This document shows, in pieces, positions 47,050 to 56,151 of a DNA stretch of 59,779 nucleotides. The notes beneath the pieces are model-generated. The model was not told the origin of the DNA, did not search any database, and was given only the letters and a program-made list of their open reading frames with translations. Both the position numbers and the translations under genes were made by a program. Source of the stretch: a bacterium. GTDB lineage: Bacteria > Margulisbacteria > Marinamargulisbacteria > JAHFDA01. Numbering within the stretch: position 1 is the first letter of the stretch; every line of letters begins with the position of its first letter. The DNA lies in NCBI GenBank assembly GCA_023249225.1, contig JAHFDA010000010.1, positions 1-59,779 on the forward strand. The letters run 5' to 3'.

Positions 47050-47827
47050 TTTGCAGGATCAACGCATTCATACAACGTTTATTGCTTTGACGCGTGCGGC
47101 TGTGTGGGTCGGATGCCGCGCTTTGGGCGAGTGTGACGTTGAGTTTGTCTGCCAGCCACGTCAGTACGGTGTTGAGTTCGGCGGGGTCGTGGTCGACGCC
47201 CAGGTATACCGGTTTTGGATTTTTAAGTTTTAGCACATGGGTGAGTATGCCCACAGCGTCATCGCGATGGATGCGGTTGACGTATACAGGCGGCCCGCCA
47301 CGTAACACGGCTTTTCCGCTGCGCACATGTTCTAGCAACGTGCTGCGGCCGGGGCCGTAGATGCCACCTAAGCGCAGTACCGTACTTGCCAAGCCGCTTT
47401 CAAAGACCAACTCTTCAGACCGCAGCATGATTTGGCCTGAAAAATGTTCAGGGTGGGTTTCAGAATTTTCATTGACCCACTCGCCATTTTGTTGGCCATA
47501 AACCGAGGTGCTCGATACAAAAATGAAACGTTTTAGAGGGCGGCGCTTTTTAAGGCAGTCGAGCAAGTTCATTAAGGCATCCTGATAGGTGCTGCGGTAA
47601 GCGGCCTCGTCATGATCCTGGGGGGACAACATAAAACATGCAATATCCAATGGGTCTGGGATCTTTTTTAGTAATTGGGGCTGTAAAAGGTCGACCGTCA
47701 GGGCGTGGATGGGGGCGGGCGGTTTATCAGCCTTACGCCGCAGGCCCCACACCGTATGGCCAGCCCGTGCCAGCTCTATACCCAGGGCAGTACCAAGATA
47801 ACCGCATCCAGCAATTAGAATTTTCAT
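46997..47827 (-). CDS. NAD-dependent epimerase/atypical SDR (YeeZ-like)
   Basis: IAGCGYLG, VSSTSVYG, LRLGGIYGPGR and NRIHRDD. Confidence 0.92.
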   Translation of the reverse strand: MKILIAGCGYLGTALGIELARAGHTVWGLRRKADKPPAPIHALTVDLLQPQLLKKIPDPLDIACFMLSPQDHDEAAYRSTYQDALMNLLDCLKKRRPLKRFIFVSSTSVYGQQNGEWVNENSETHPEHFSGQIMLRSEELVFESGLASTVLRLGGIYGPGRSTLLEHVRSGKAVLRGGPPVYVNRIHRDDAVGILTHVLKLKNPKPVYLGVDHDPAELNTVLTWLADKLNVTLAQSAASDPHSRTRQSNKRCMNALILQSGYTFKHPTFREGYAQT

Positions 47828-47904
47828 ACCATTGATGGCTCTAACGTAATGTTACTTGACCAACCAGTAAAATCTGAAAAAATAGTCTACATTCCAAAAA
47901 AGCT

Positions 47905-49101
47905 ATGGGGCGGGTACTGATCATTGGCGCGGGCGGTGTGGGAGGTGTGGTGACACACAAGTGTGCGCAGGTGCCAGGCGTATTTTCCGAAATTTGCCTG
48001 GCAAGCCGCAGTTTAGAAAAATGCCAACGCATTCAGCAAGCGCTCAATCGGGATATTCAAATTGCCAAGGTCGATGCCGACCAGCCCAGCGATGTGGTGC
48101 GCCTGATTCAATCTTTTAAGCCGCAGGTGCTGATCAACGCTGCCTTGCCCTATCAAGACTTGTCGATCATGGAGGCCTGCTTGCAGACCGGCGTGCATTA
48201 CATTGATACGGCCAACTACGAACATCCTGATGAGGCTAAATTTTCATACCATTGGCAATGGGCTTACCACGATCGTTTTAAAGAACGCGGCATCATGGCT
48301 CTGTTGGGTTGTGGATTTGACCCAGGCGTGACCAATGTATTTTGCGCCTGGGCGCAGAAACAACATTTCGACTGGATCCAAAACATCGATATCCTTGACT
48401 GCAATGCCGGTCATCACGGTCATGCCTTTGCCACCAACTTCAATCCCGAAATCAATATACGCGAGATCACCCAGCCCGGCCGTTATTGGGAAGACGGTCG
48501 CTGGATCGAAACGGCGCCGCTCGCAATGCAAATGATGCATGATTATCCCGAGATTGGCCCGCGCGCGAGTTATTTGCTTTATCACGAAGAACTCGAATCT
48601 CTGGTTAAAAATATCCGTGGTCTAAAACGGATTCGTTTTTTTATGACCTTTAGCGAGTCGTATCTGATGCACCTGCGTGTGCTGCAAAACGTGGGGTTGA
48701 CGCGCATTGATCCGGTAGACTTTGAAGGTCAAAAAATTGTTCCACTTAAGTTTCTGAAGACGCTTTTACCCGAACCTTCGACTTTGGGTAAACACTATAC
48801 CGGCAAGACCAATATCGGTTGCCAGATCGAAGGCATTAAAGACGGGCAGCCACGCAGCCTGTACATCTACAACGTATGCGACCATGCCGAGTGTTACCGC
48901 GAGGTGGGATCGCAGGCGGTGTCGTACACCACGGGTGTGCCGGCCATGATCGGTGCCAAGCTGATGCTCACTGGCCAATGGCATGGCGCGGGCGTGTTTA
49001 ATATCGAACAGCTTGATCCGGCGCCTTTCATGCATGATCTTAACCTCTATGGTTTGCCATGGTCCGTCAAGGAACTTGTGCCGCAACTGGTTCCGGCATA
49101 A
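47905..49101 (+). CDS. Carboxy(nor)spermidine dehydrogenase (saccharopine dehydrogenase family)
   Basis: IIGAGGVG, DTANYE, GFDPGVTNV and FATNFNPEINIRE; adjacent to nspC. Confidence 0.93.
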   Translation: MGRVLIIGAGGVGGVVTHKCAQVPGVFSEICLASRSLEKCQRIQQALNRDIQIAKVDADQPSDVVRLIQSFKPQVLINAALPYQDLSIMEACLQTGVHYIDTANYEHPDEAKFSYHWQWAYHDRFKERGIMALLGCGFDPGVTNVFCAWAQKQHFDWIQNIDILDCNAGHHGHAFATNFNPEINIREITQPGRYWEDGRWIETAPLAMQMMHDYPEIGPRASYLLYHEELESLVKNIRGLKRIRFFMTFSESYLMHLRVLQNVGLTRIDPVDFEGQKIVPLKFLKTLLPEPSTLGKHYTGKTNIGCQIEGIKDGQPRSLYIYNVCDHAECYREVGSQAVSYTTGVPAMIGAKLMLTGQWHGAGVFNIEQLDPAPFMHDLNLYGLPWSVKELVPQLVPA

Positions 49102-49108
49102 TTTTCGG

Positions 49109-50323
49109 GTGCCACACGCCACGGCCCAACGCAGCGAAGCGGATCTGGCGCTCAAAACAGCCTGGCCTGGCCTGCTCAAGTTACCCACGCCCTGTTACGT
49201 TATCCATGCCGGAGTCTTAAAAGAAAATCTCCAGATTTTGGACCAGCTTCGTCGGCGCAGCGGCTGTAAGGTTCTTTTGGCGCTCAAAGCGTTTGCCGCA
49301 TGGCAGTTTTTTCCGCAACTGCGGACCTTTTTAGATGGCAGCTGCGCCAGTGGCCTGTACGAGGCGCGTCTTGGGCGCGAAGAATTCGGTGGTGAGTTGC
49401 ATGTGTATGCCCCGGCCTATCGCAGCCAGGAGTTTTCTGAACTTTTAAAATATGCCGATCACATTAGTTTTAACTCGTGGACACAGTGGCAAAAGTTCAG
49501 GACACAGGTATCCGTTCAGGATAAAAAAATTCAGTGCGGATTGCGCATTAACCCCCGGCATTCCGAAGTCGAGACGGCGCTTTATGATCCTTGCGCGCCA
49601 GGCTCGCGTCTGGGCATGACGGCAGAACAGCTTGCGGGTCGGGATCTTTCGGGTATTTCTGGCTTGCATTTTCATGCCTTGTGCGAAAAAAATGCCGATG
49701 CTCTGGAACGTACGCTGACGGCAGTGGAGCAAGGTTTTGGCATTTACCTGAAACAAATGCGCTGGATTAACTTTGGCGGCGGGCACCTGATCACACGGGC
49801 AGATTACCAACTGAAACGCTTATGCGATCTGATTGACAGTTTTAAAAAACGTTATGAAGTCGATGTGTATCTTGAACCAGGGACAGCGGTTGTTCTTGAT
49901 GCGGGGTATCTTGTGACCACGGTGTTGGATCTTGTCCAAAACGAGGTCTGCACTGCGATTTTGGACACTTCCGTTACGGCGCACATGCCCGATGTGCTTG
50001 AGATGCCGTATCGGCCCGAAGTGAGCAGGCCGAAAGAAGGTGGCTTTGAGTTGGCGGGGAAGGCGGAAGAATATGCGTACACCTACCGTCTGGGTGGCCT
50101 GACTTGTCTGGCCGGGGATATCATGGGCGACTATTCTTTTTCAGAGCCGCTTGAAGTAGGTGACAAGCTGGTTTTTATGGACATGGCGCATTACACCATG
50201 GTTAAAAACAACACGTTTAACGGCATTGCTTTGCCATCAATCGCGGTTTACGATCCCAGCACAGACACAGCTCGAATTGTTAAAAGCTTCGGTTATGAAG
50301 ATTACAAGCAGCGCTTGTCGTAG
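49109..50323 (+). CDS. nspC: Carboxynorspermidine decarboxylase
   Basis: PTPCYV, LLALKAF, ASGLYEARL, HFHALCE, NFGGGH, CLAGD and HYTMVKNNTFNG. GTG 49109 is preferred. Confidence 0.95.
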   Translation: MPHATAQRSEADLALKTAWPGLLKLPTPCYVIHAGVLKENLQILDQLRRRSGCKVLLALKAFAAWQFFPQLRTFLDGSCASGLYEARLGREEFGGELHVYAPAYRSQEFSELLKYADHISFNSWTQWQKFRTQVSVQDKKIQCGLRINPRHSEVETALYDPCAPGSRLGMTAEQLAGRDLSGISGLHFHALCEKNADALERTLTAVEQGFGIYLKQMRWINFGGGHLITRADYQLKRLCDLIDSFKKRYEVDVYLEPGTAVVLDAGYLVTTVLDLVQNEVCTAILDTSVTAHMPDVLEMPYRPEVSRPKEGGFELAGKAEEYAYTYRLGGLTCLAGDIMGDYSFSEPLEVGDKLVFMDMAHYTMVKNNTFNGIALPSIAVYDPSTDTARIVKSFGYEDYKQRLS

Positions 50324-50329
50324 TTTCAT

Positions 50330-50713
50330 TTAACATTGCGGTGTGGTCAGAATCCATAGCAAACCCAGGGTCGACAATATCGTCAAGAGGATGCGTACTC
50401 TATGGCCAGGATCCATTTTTCTGGAAGCCTGACATGAGGTTAGAATCAGGGTGCCTTCTTCGGGAATAATGCCGCTTACATGCCACCACAGCGTGTGGGT
50501 GCTATCAAAGGTCCGGATGATTGTTCCCTGGCGCAGGGTACCCAGGCGGCTTAATGTGGCAAAAAGATCCAGGCGATGCGCTTCGTTCATAGCGGCACTG
50601 GTTTGGAATTTATAAATTTCTGCCAGTCTGCTTTCGCCTAAATTTCCGGCGACCCATACATAAACATGCGGGTACGGGAGGGGCACTATTTCGGCCACCT
50701 TTTTAAAACGCAT
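50330..50713 (-). CDS. Hypothetical protein with C-terminal hydrophobic segment
   Basis: The ORF fills the gap between genes; no motif recognised. Confidence 0.5.
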   Translation of the reverse strand: MRFKKVAEIVPLPYPHVYVWVAGNLGESRLAEIYKFQTSAAMNEAHRLDLFATLSRLGTLRQGTIIRTFDSTHTLWWHVSGIIPEEGTLILTSCQASRKMDPGHRVRILLTILSTLGLLWILTTPQC

Positions 50714-50736
50714 GGTGTTACTATACCATCGTAATC

Positions 50737-51177
50737 ATGGCCCCCGACCAGCGACCCATGCCGCTCACCAGCCCTGCCTGTCGCTACCTTTTTGTGTATG
50801 GTACTTTGCGTAAAGGCGCCGAAATTCCCGAAGCCTCGCTGCTTGCGCGCATGTGCCGTCTGGTTGGAACAGGCAAAATCAATGCGCGCCTTTACGATAT
50901 CGGGGCTTATCCGGGCATGGTCAAGGCCGAGCGCCCCGACGAGTGGGTCATGGGCGAAGTGCACGAAATGTTTCATCCCGAGCGGCTTTTGCAGATGCTC
51001 GACGATTACGAGGGCTGCGGCCCTAAACATCAGCGGCCTTACGAGTTCGAACGTGAGGTGGTCAAGCTGACACTCAACCATTCCATGCCCACCGAAGCCT
51101 GGGTGTATTGGTACCGCCCCGACCCCTCCAAATTCCGCCGTATTATATCGGGCGACTACCTTACCGAAAAAAAATAA
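50737..51177 (+). CDS. Gamma-glutamylcyclotransferase (AIG2-like)
   Basis: LFVYGTLRKG, GAYPGMV, LDDYEG and AWVYWY. Confidence 0.92.
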   Translation: MAPDQRPMPLTSPACRYLFVYGTLRKGAEIPEASLLARMCRLVGTGKINARLYDIGAYPGMVKAERPDEWVMGEVHEMFHPERLLQMLDDYEGCGPKHQRPYEFEREVVKLTLNHSMPTEAWVYWYRPDPSKFRRIISGDYLTEKK

Positions 51178-51258
51178 TGCGGATGCGGCGCGGGTGGTGA
51201 TGGGCGATGATGAGTTTCAGAACGTTTTAAAACGGGTGGAAAGCCGTATAATAAACCG

Positions 51259-51813
51259 GTGAATATTCTGGTTTTTTCTGCCTCGCTGCGCAAAGATTCC
51301 TTTAACACCAAGTTGGCGGCGCTGGCGGCTGAAGCCGCGCGTCAAGGCGGGGATTCTACGGTAGAGCTCATCCGCCTCAACGATTACGACATGCCGGCTT
51401 TTAGCAGCGATACCGATGCGGCAGGCAAGCCCGAGGCTGTCGAGCGGTTTAAAAAACTTTTGGATGCCCACCCGGCATTGATCATTGCTTCGCCGGAGTA
51501 TAACTACTCCATGCCGGGGCATCTCAAAAATCTGATTGATTGGATTTCGCGTTATCGGCCCATGCCCTGGTCGCGCAAGGCGATCTTGCTGATGTCGGCT
51601 TCTACATCGGCCATGGCGGGCGTGCGCGGCCTGTGGCAGTTGCGACAACCCTTCGAAGGTTGCGGGGCCTTTGTGTTTCCGGACATGCTTACCGTGGCCC
51701 AGGCCCAGAGCGCTTTTGGGCCTGATGGTCGGCTGGCCGATGCCAGGCAAATGCAACGTCTGCAGGATGTCGTTAAATCATTTGTGGCTTTTGTCGGAGG
51801 GTTAAAATACTAA
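51259..51813 (+). CDS. NADPH-dependent FMN reductase
   Basis: SLRKDSFN and SPEYNYSMPGHLKNLIDWISR. Confidence 0.95.
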   Translation: MNILVFSASLRKDSFNTKLAALAAEAARQGGDSTVELIRLNDYDMPAFSSDTDAAGKPEAVERFKKLLDAHPALIIASPEYNYSMPGHLKNLIDWISRYRPMPWSRKAILLMSASTSAMAGVRGLWQLRQPFEGCGAFVFPDMLTVAQAQSAFGPDGRLADARQMQRLQDVVKSFVAFVGGLKY

Positions 51814-51911
51814 AGTCCGTCAGTGACTCTTTCGGAAGTCCCCAATTGGTATAATTTTATATTATGAATGCATTTAATGTCATATTATGGTATAAATTGC
51901 ATGTATAATAT

Positions 51912-52718
51912 ATGAAAAAAAATACTCAAACTGGCCTTAGCTCCTCCGAAAGAAAAATAGTTGCACATTTTTCTGCAAATGAGCAAACGAGCATTGACGT
52001 TGATGCCCTACTGGGCGTCATGAGCATTTCTAGACCCGCAGCCCATCAAATTCTTAGTCGGCTAGAACGCAAGGGGTGGTTGCAACGATTGAAGCGCGGA
52101 AAATATGCCCTCGTTCCCATTTCATCGAATAGTGCAAACCCCGTTATCGAAGATGCGCTTCCTCTTGCAATGGATTTATTTAAACCTGCTTTTATCAGTG
52201 GTTGGTCAGCTGCCGAGCACTGGGATTTAACCGAACAAATTTTTAATAGCGTTTCAGTGGTAACGGCAAAGACGCAGCGTCAATCGGAAGTTAAAGCGGG
52301 CGGTATTCTATTTCGCCTGAGGGTAATACCCAAAGATCGTTTTTTTGGAAGCAAGTCGATTTGGTTTGGTAGTAAACAAGTTGAGATTGCTGACCCAAGC
52401 CGCATGGTGATCGATATTTTAGACTTGCCTCGATTTGGAGGTGGCGGCCGCCATACGGTGGATGTGATACGCGAGTATCTAAAATCAAAACACTGTAATC
52501 TGGACTTGTTGCTGGAATACGCCTTGCGTTACAAAAAAGGTAGCGTGTTTAAACGGCTGGGGTTTTTGGTTGAAAATTTTCATCCAGCGGTCACTGGGGA
52601 TTGGTGTCATCGATGCATCAGCAATTTAAGCGCAGGTGTTTCTTTGCTAGATCCTGACGGACCCAGCCAGGGAAAGACTTCGACCAAGTGGAAATTGCGC
52701 ATTAACCTGCCGATATAA
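51912..52718 (+). CDS. abiEi: AbiEi-type antitoxin/regulator (type IV TA)
   Basis: N-terminal wHTH LSRLERKGWLQRLKRGKY, ISGWSAAEHWDLTEQ and KRLGFL. Confidence 0.85.
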   Translation: MKKNTQTGLSSSERKIVAHFSANEQTSIDVDALLGVMSISRPAAHQILSRLERKGWLQRLKRGKYALVPISSNSANPVIEDALPLAMDLFKPAFISGWSAAEHWDLTEQIFNSVSVVTAKTQRQSEVKAGGILFRLRVIPKDRFFGSKSIWFGSKQVEIADPSRMVIDILDLPRFGGGGRHTVDVIREYLKSKHCNLDLLLEYALRYKKGSVFKRLGFLVENFHPAVTGDWCHRCISNLSAGVSLLDPDGPSQGKTSTKWKLRINLPI

Positions 52719-52724
52719 ACAACG

Positions 52725-53915
52725 ATGATCACCAAAGCGGAAATACTTGCCTTATCAACCCATTTAAACTTGCTGAATACGATCGTTCAAAAAGACTACG
52801 TGATTGGGTGGTTGCTCCGTGGCTTCTCACAGCACGGTGTGCTTTCTGAATGGATATTTAAAGGCGGAACTTGCCTGAAGAAGTGCTATTTTGAAACGTA
52901 CCGATTTTCGGAAGACTTGGATTTTACGGTTCCGGCACACCAAAAAATAGATGTTCCTTTTTTAGAAACACATTTGAATGAGATGGCGGAGTGGGTGGAA
53001 TCAAATTGCGGTCTAACATTTCCACGCGAAGTCTGGAAGATTGAAGCCTACGAAAATACGCGTGGCAAAATGTCGTACCAAGTTAAGCTGCCTTTTTCGG
53101 GACCCCTGGGTCTTTCAAAAAATCAATTACAGCGAGTCAAGCTGGATATTACCCAGGACGAACTGCTCGTGAGCCAGCCTGTCCGACGCAACTTGCATCA
53201 CGACTATTCAGATAAAACGATGCCAATGTCTGAGGTGTTGTGTTATTCGATAGAAGAAGTTTTGGCCGAGAAAACACGAGCACTTTTTGAACGAAGCGGC
53301 CGCGCACGTGACGTTTACGATGTGGTAAACATCAGCCGTCATTTTAGAAGCGAGATAGATCCCGACCAAGTGATACACATAGCCAAGGAAAAATTTCGCT
53401 TCAAAGGAATCTCGGAACCTACGGTCGATCTGATTATGAACAGCCTGGATATTGCTACCTTGGGGGCCAATTGGAAACATCAACTGGCCCACCAAATTAA
53501 TTTGCTTCCGGCGGTTGAAACTTTTATTGAAGACCTTTCGGATGCTTTGGCGTGGTGGCTGGAGCCTAAAAAAGCCAAGCCTGATTTACAGCAAAATCCC
53601 AGTGCTGTTGGTAGGTTAATGGAACGGGTTATGTTTCCCGAGGTCAGCGTCCAACGTGGATTGTCCGCAATGGATCAAATTCGATATGCGGCGCGTAACC
53701 GCTTTTGTGCGGTTGTCAGTTATCACGGTTCAACTCGGCTCGTCATACCTTATTCAGTTCGCTATCCTAGTGCTGGCAACCCATTGCTTCATGCATGGGA
53801 ATTAATGAATGATGGTAAAGCCATCAATGACCACCGAGCCTATAAAATAGACGAAATCACGGAGGCGTCGGTCTCTACCGAAACTTTTGTGCCCAAGTGG
53901 TCGGTGGAATTGTAA
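52725..53915 (+). CDS. abiEii: AbiEii nucleotidyltransferase toxin with C-terminal WYL-like domain
   Basis: QKDYVI, FKGGTCLKKCY, RFSEDLDF, AEKTRAL and RDVYD. The last ~80 aa include Y..STRLVIPYS and RAYKIDEI. Confidence 0.88.
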   Translation: MITKAEILALSTHLNLLNTIVQKDYVIGWLLRGFSQHGVLSEWIFKGGTCLKKCYFETYRFSEDLDFTVPAHQKIDVPFLETHLNEMAEWVESNCGLTFPREVWKIEAYENTRGKMSYQVKLPFSGPLGLSKNQLQRVKLDITQDELLVSQPVRRNLHHDYSDKTMPMSEVLCYSIEEVLAEKTRALFERSGRARDVYDVVNISRHFRSEIDPDQVIHIAKEKFRFKGISEPTVDLIMNSLDIATLGANWKHQLAHQINLLPAVETFIEDLSDALAWWLEPKKAKPDLQQNPSAVGRLMERVMFPEVSVQRGLSAMDQIRYAARNRFCAVVSYHGSTRLVIPYSVRYPSAGNPLLHAWELMNDGKAINDHRAYKIDEITEASVSTETFVPKWSVEL

Positions 53916-54022
53916 TTTTACTTTGAATCTCTAACCCGGATTATTCACTCATATGAAGCGGACACCTACACACGGGAGCCCGCTGCAAGAAGATATGAAT
54001 AGTGCGGGCTAATGGGTTCATT

Positions 54023-54043
54023 CCCCGTGGGCTTGCCCCGGGG
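54023..54043. repeat. GC-rich hairpin CCCCGTGGGCTTGCCCCGGGG resembling IS200/IS605-end or REP hairpins
   Basis: CCCCG/CGGGG plus GGGC/GCCC stems, lying between convergent genes. Confidence 0.55.
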
Positions 54044-54116
54044 TTCTTTTACTTCTGAATAACCAATTCCATTTTTTGAAACACTGTTATCTTCCATAGA
54101 CTTGCAAAACCGGGAT

Positions 54117-55166
54117 TTAAGGTGTTTTGATCTGATACACCGCCGACCGACCTCCGCCCAGACGCTGGATAATTTCAAGCTGGGTCAGCTTGTTTAAATC
54201 AGCCACGGTTTGTGTTCTTCCCAAACCCAAAAGGGTAGCGTAGTCGGCAGCTTTCAGTTTTTTGTGTTTTTTAAACAGGCCGACGGCTTTTTGCAGGCGT
54301 TCCTCAAGCTCAAGCAGGGCAGGGTCGCTGGGTGCGGCGGCCTGGCAGCGGGAGAGGGCTTCGGCATAGGTTTTTTCAAGACAGCCCAGCCAGTAATTCA
54401 GCCAGGGCGTCAGATCAATGTCCGTGGGGATGTCGTAAAAAGTGGGGGCCTGCAAACGGCGCAAGGCGCGGTAATAGGCGGCACGGTTGAGTTCATGCTG
54501 TTTTTCGATGGCGGCATAGTGCGCCACGGTGTAACCCTGGTGTTCCAAGATAAAGTTGGTCAGCAGTCGGGTGCTGCGGCCGTTCCCATCCAAAAAGGGA
54601 TGGATGGTGACAAAGTAATAATGAAAAATGGGCGCTATCAAAAGCGGGCTGGTCTTGGCCAGCGTGGATTGGCGCACCCAGGCCAGCAGGGATTTCATCA
54701 GTCCCGGAACATCGTCGGCCTGCGGAGGCAGGTACACGATGGCGTTGGAGCCTGTATCTTTGATGACGTTCTGGGATTGACGGTAGTGGCCGGCCAGTTT
54801 GCCCATGAGAATGTTTTTGACCAGTTGCTGGTGTACCCCTAGAACCAAAACGTTATCCATCGTTTTGGCCTTGTCCAAAAGAAAGGCGCGAGCCTTGGCG
54901 TAATTAAGCACCTCTTTAAGATCGCGCTGGGATTTGGTTTTGGGCTTTTGACCGCCCAAGGCGCGGGTCACTTGTTCGTACGACAGCGTGTTGCCTTCGA
55001 GTTTGGTGGAAAAATGCACGGCGTCGATGTTGGCCAGGGCATAAATGTGGGTGGCATCTCCCACGCTATGGAGGGAGCTTTGCATTTGTCCCTGCATACG
55101 GGCAATGGTTTCGAGATGTACAAGCAGTTCCGAGGTTAACTGATATTGCGGGCGATAGACCCCCAT
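54117..55166 (-). CDS. Fic-family protein with C-terminal HTH
   Basis: HFSTKLEGN (inhibitory-type motif), HPFLDGNGRSTR, and HTH-like RTQTVADLNKL...GGGRSAVY. Confidence 0.93.
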   Translation of the reverse strand: MGVYRPQYQLTSELLVHLETIARMQGQMQSSLHSVGDATHIYALANIDAVHFSTKLEGNTLSYEQVTRALGGQKPKTKSQRDLKEVLNYAKARAFLLDKAKTMDNVLVLGVHQQLVKNILMGKLAGHYRQSQNVIKDTGSNAIVYLPPQADDVPGLMKSLLAWVRQSTLAKTSPLLIAPIFHYYFVTIHPFLDGNGRSTRLLTNFILEHQGYTVAHYAAIEKQHELNRAAYYRALRRLQAPTFYDIPTDIDLTPWLNYWLGCLEKTYAEALSRCQAAAPSDPALLELEERLQKAVGLFKKHKKLKAADYATLLGLGRTQTVADLNKLTQLEIIQRLGGGRSAVYQIKTP

Positions 55167-55179
55167 GACACCAGAATAT

Positions 55180-55210
55180 TATTCTTTCGCTATTCTTTCA
55201 ATATTCTTTC
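55180..55210. promoter_or_regulatory. Three TATTCTTTC direct repeats at 11-bp period
   Basis: Copies at 55180, 55191 and 55202, between the tmRNA 3' end and the Fic start. Confidence 0.65.
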
Positions 55211-55218
55211 ACTAAGCT

Positions 55219-55609
55219 TGGTGGAGACGGCGGGAATTGAACCCGCGTCCGAAACACAAGCACAGCACAGGCGCTACGAGCATAGCCCTACGTTAATCTC
55301 GCAACCAGACGGAGTAAGACATCCACGTTGGTTGCCAGCCTGCAGAGTTAAGTTTCATGCGCGTGCCCGCAGGCACACAAGCGCACTAGCCAGAAGATGG
55401 TCGTTGTTTTAAAGCCTCTGGCAGACCTTAAGCAACGACTAGCGGAATATGTCCGCCAGGTTTAAGCCGCTAAAGCGTAAGCTTCGGCGGTCTCAAACGA
55501 AGCAACTAGGTTGTTTGCGTTTGTTTTTTTGTGCCTTGATAACGGGGCCTGGCACCTCCCCGGCTCGCTCCCATACCGTCTTCTATCCCGTCGAGACCAT
55601 TTCGTCCCC
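55219..55609 (-). ncRNA. ssrA: tmRNA
   Basis: 5' GGGGACGAAATGGTCTCGAC and 3' GGACGCGGGTTCAATTCCCGCCGTCTCCACCA. Tag ORF 55518..55462 reads ANNLVASFETAEAYALAA*. Confidence 0.95.
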
Positions 55610-55674
55610 ACAGATAAGTACGATTGCTACATTATATTAGATGACTGGGCTGATCCCTAGGAACCACGATGATT

Positions 55675-55956
55675 TTACTGATAAAGACACAGATAAGAAC
55701 TGTCTTCGTCGACCCGAATCTGGAACTTTTGCTTGGCGGCTACTGTAAAACTTGCCCCAGCGTGCACGGGTTGCCATGTTGCTGAACCGGGCAACTTAAC
55801 AGACACATGCCCGCTGATCATGGTCATCACTTCTTTGCTCGATGTTCCAAACTCGTATTCTCCCTTGGCCATGACCCCCACTGTGGCCGGACCTTGGGCG
55901 GTGTTAAAGCCTAGAGATTTAACCTGGCCGTTAAAATATTCGTTAACCTTGAACAT
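55675..55956 (-). CDS. ppnP: Pyrimidine/purine nucleoside phosphorylase (DUF1255)
   Basis: [17 protein letters not shown]...[15 protein letters not shown]...SYLCLY. Confidence 0.95.
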   Translation of the reverse strand: MFKVNEYFNGQVKSLGFNTAQGPATVGVMAKGEYEFGTSSKEVMTMISGHVSVKLPGSATWQPVHAGASFTVAAKQKFQIRVDEDSSYLCLYQ

Positions 55957-56024
55957 GCGCTGCTCCCTTACACAAATGGATCAATCCGCTGAATGAATAT
56001 TTTACAGTATAATTGTGGCTTCGG

Positions 56025-56101
56025 GGACGCTTAGCTCAGGTGGTTAGAGTACTTGCTTGACATGCAAGGGGTCACTGGTTCGAGTCCAGTAGCGTCCACC
56101 A
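56025..56101 (+). tRNA. tRNA-Val(GAC)
   Basis: GGACGCT/AGCGTCC acceptor stem, anticodon arm CTTGC-TTGACAT-GCAAG, GGTTCGAGTCC T-loop and encoded CCA. Confidence 0.96.
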
Positions 56102-56151
56102 TACGAAATCCGAACGTTTTGACGTCCGAATCTTGGGGAATAAATGAGATC

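Noticed and set aside
56053-56151. ORF-track N-terminal extension of the methyltransferase
   Set aside because: It overlaps tRNA-Val; ATG 56152 is more plausible.
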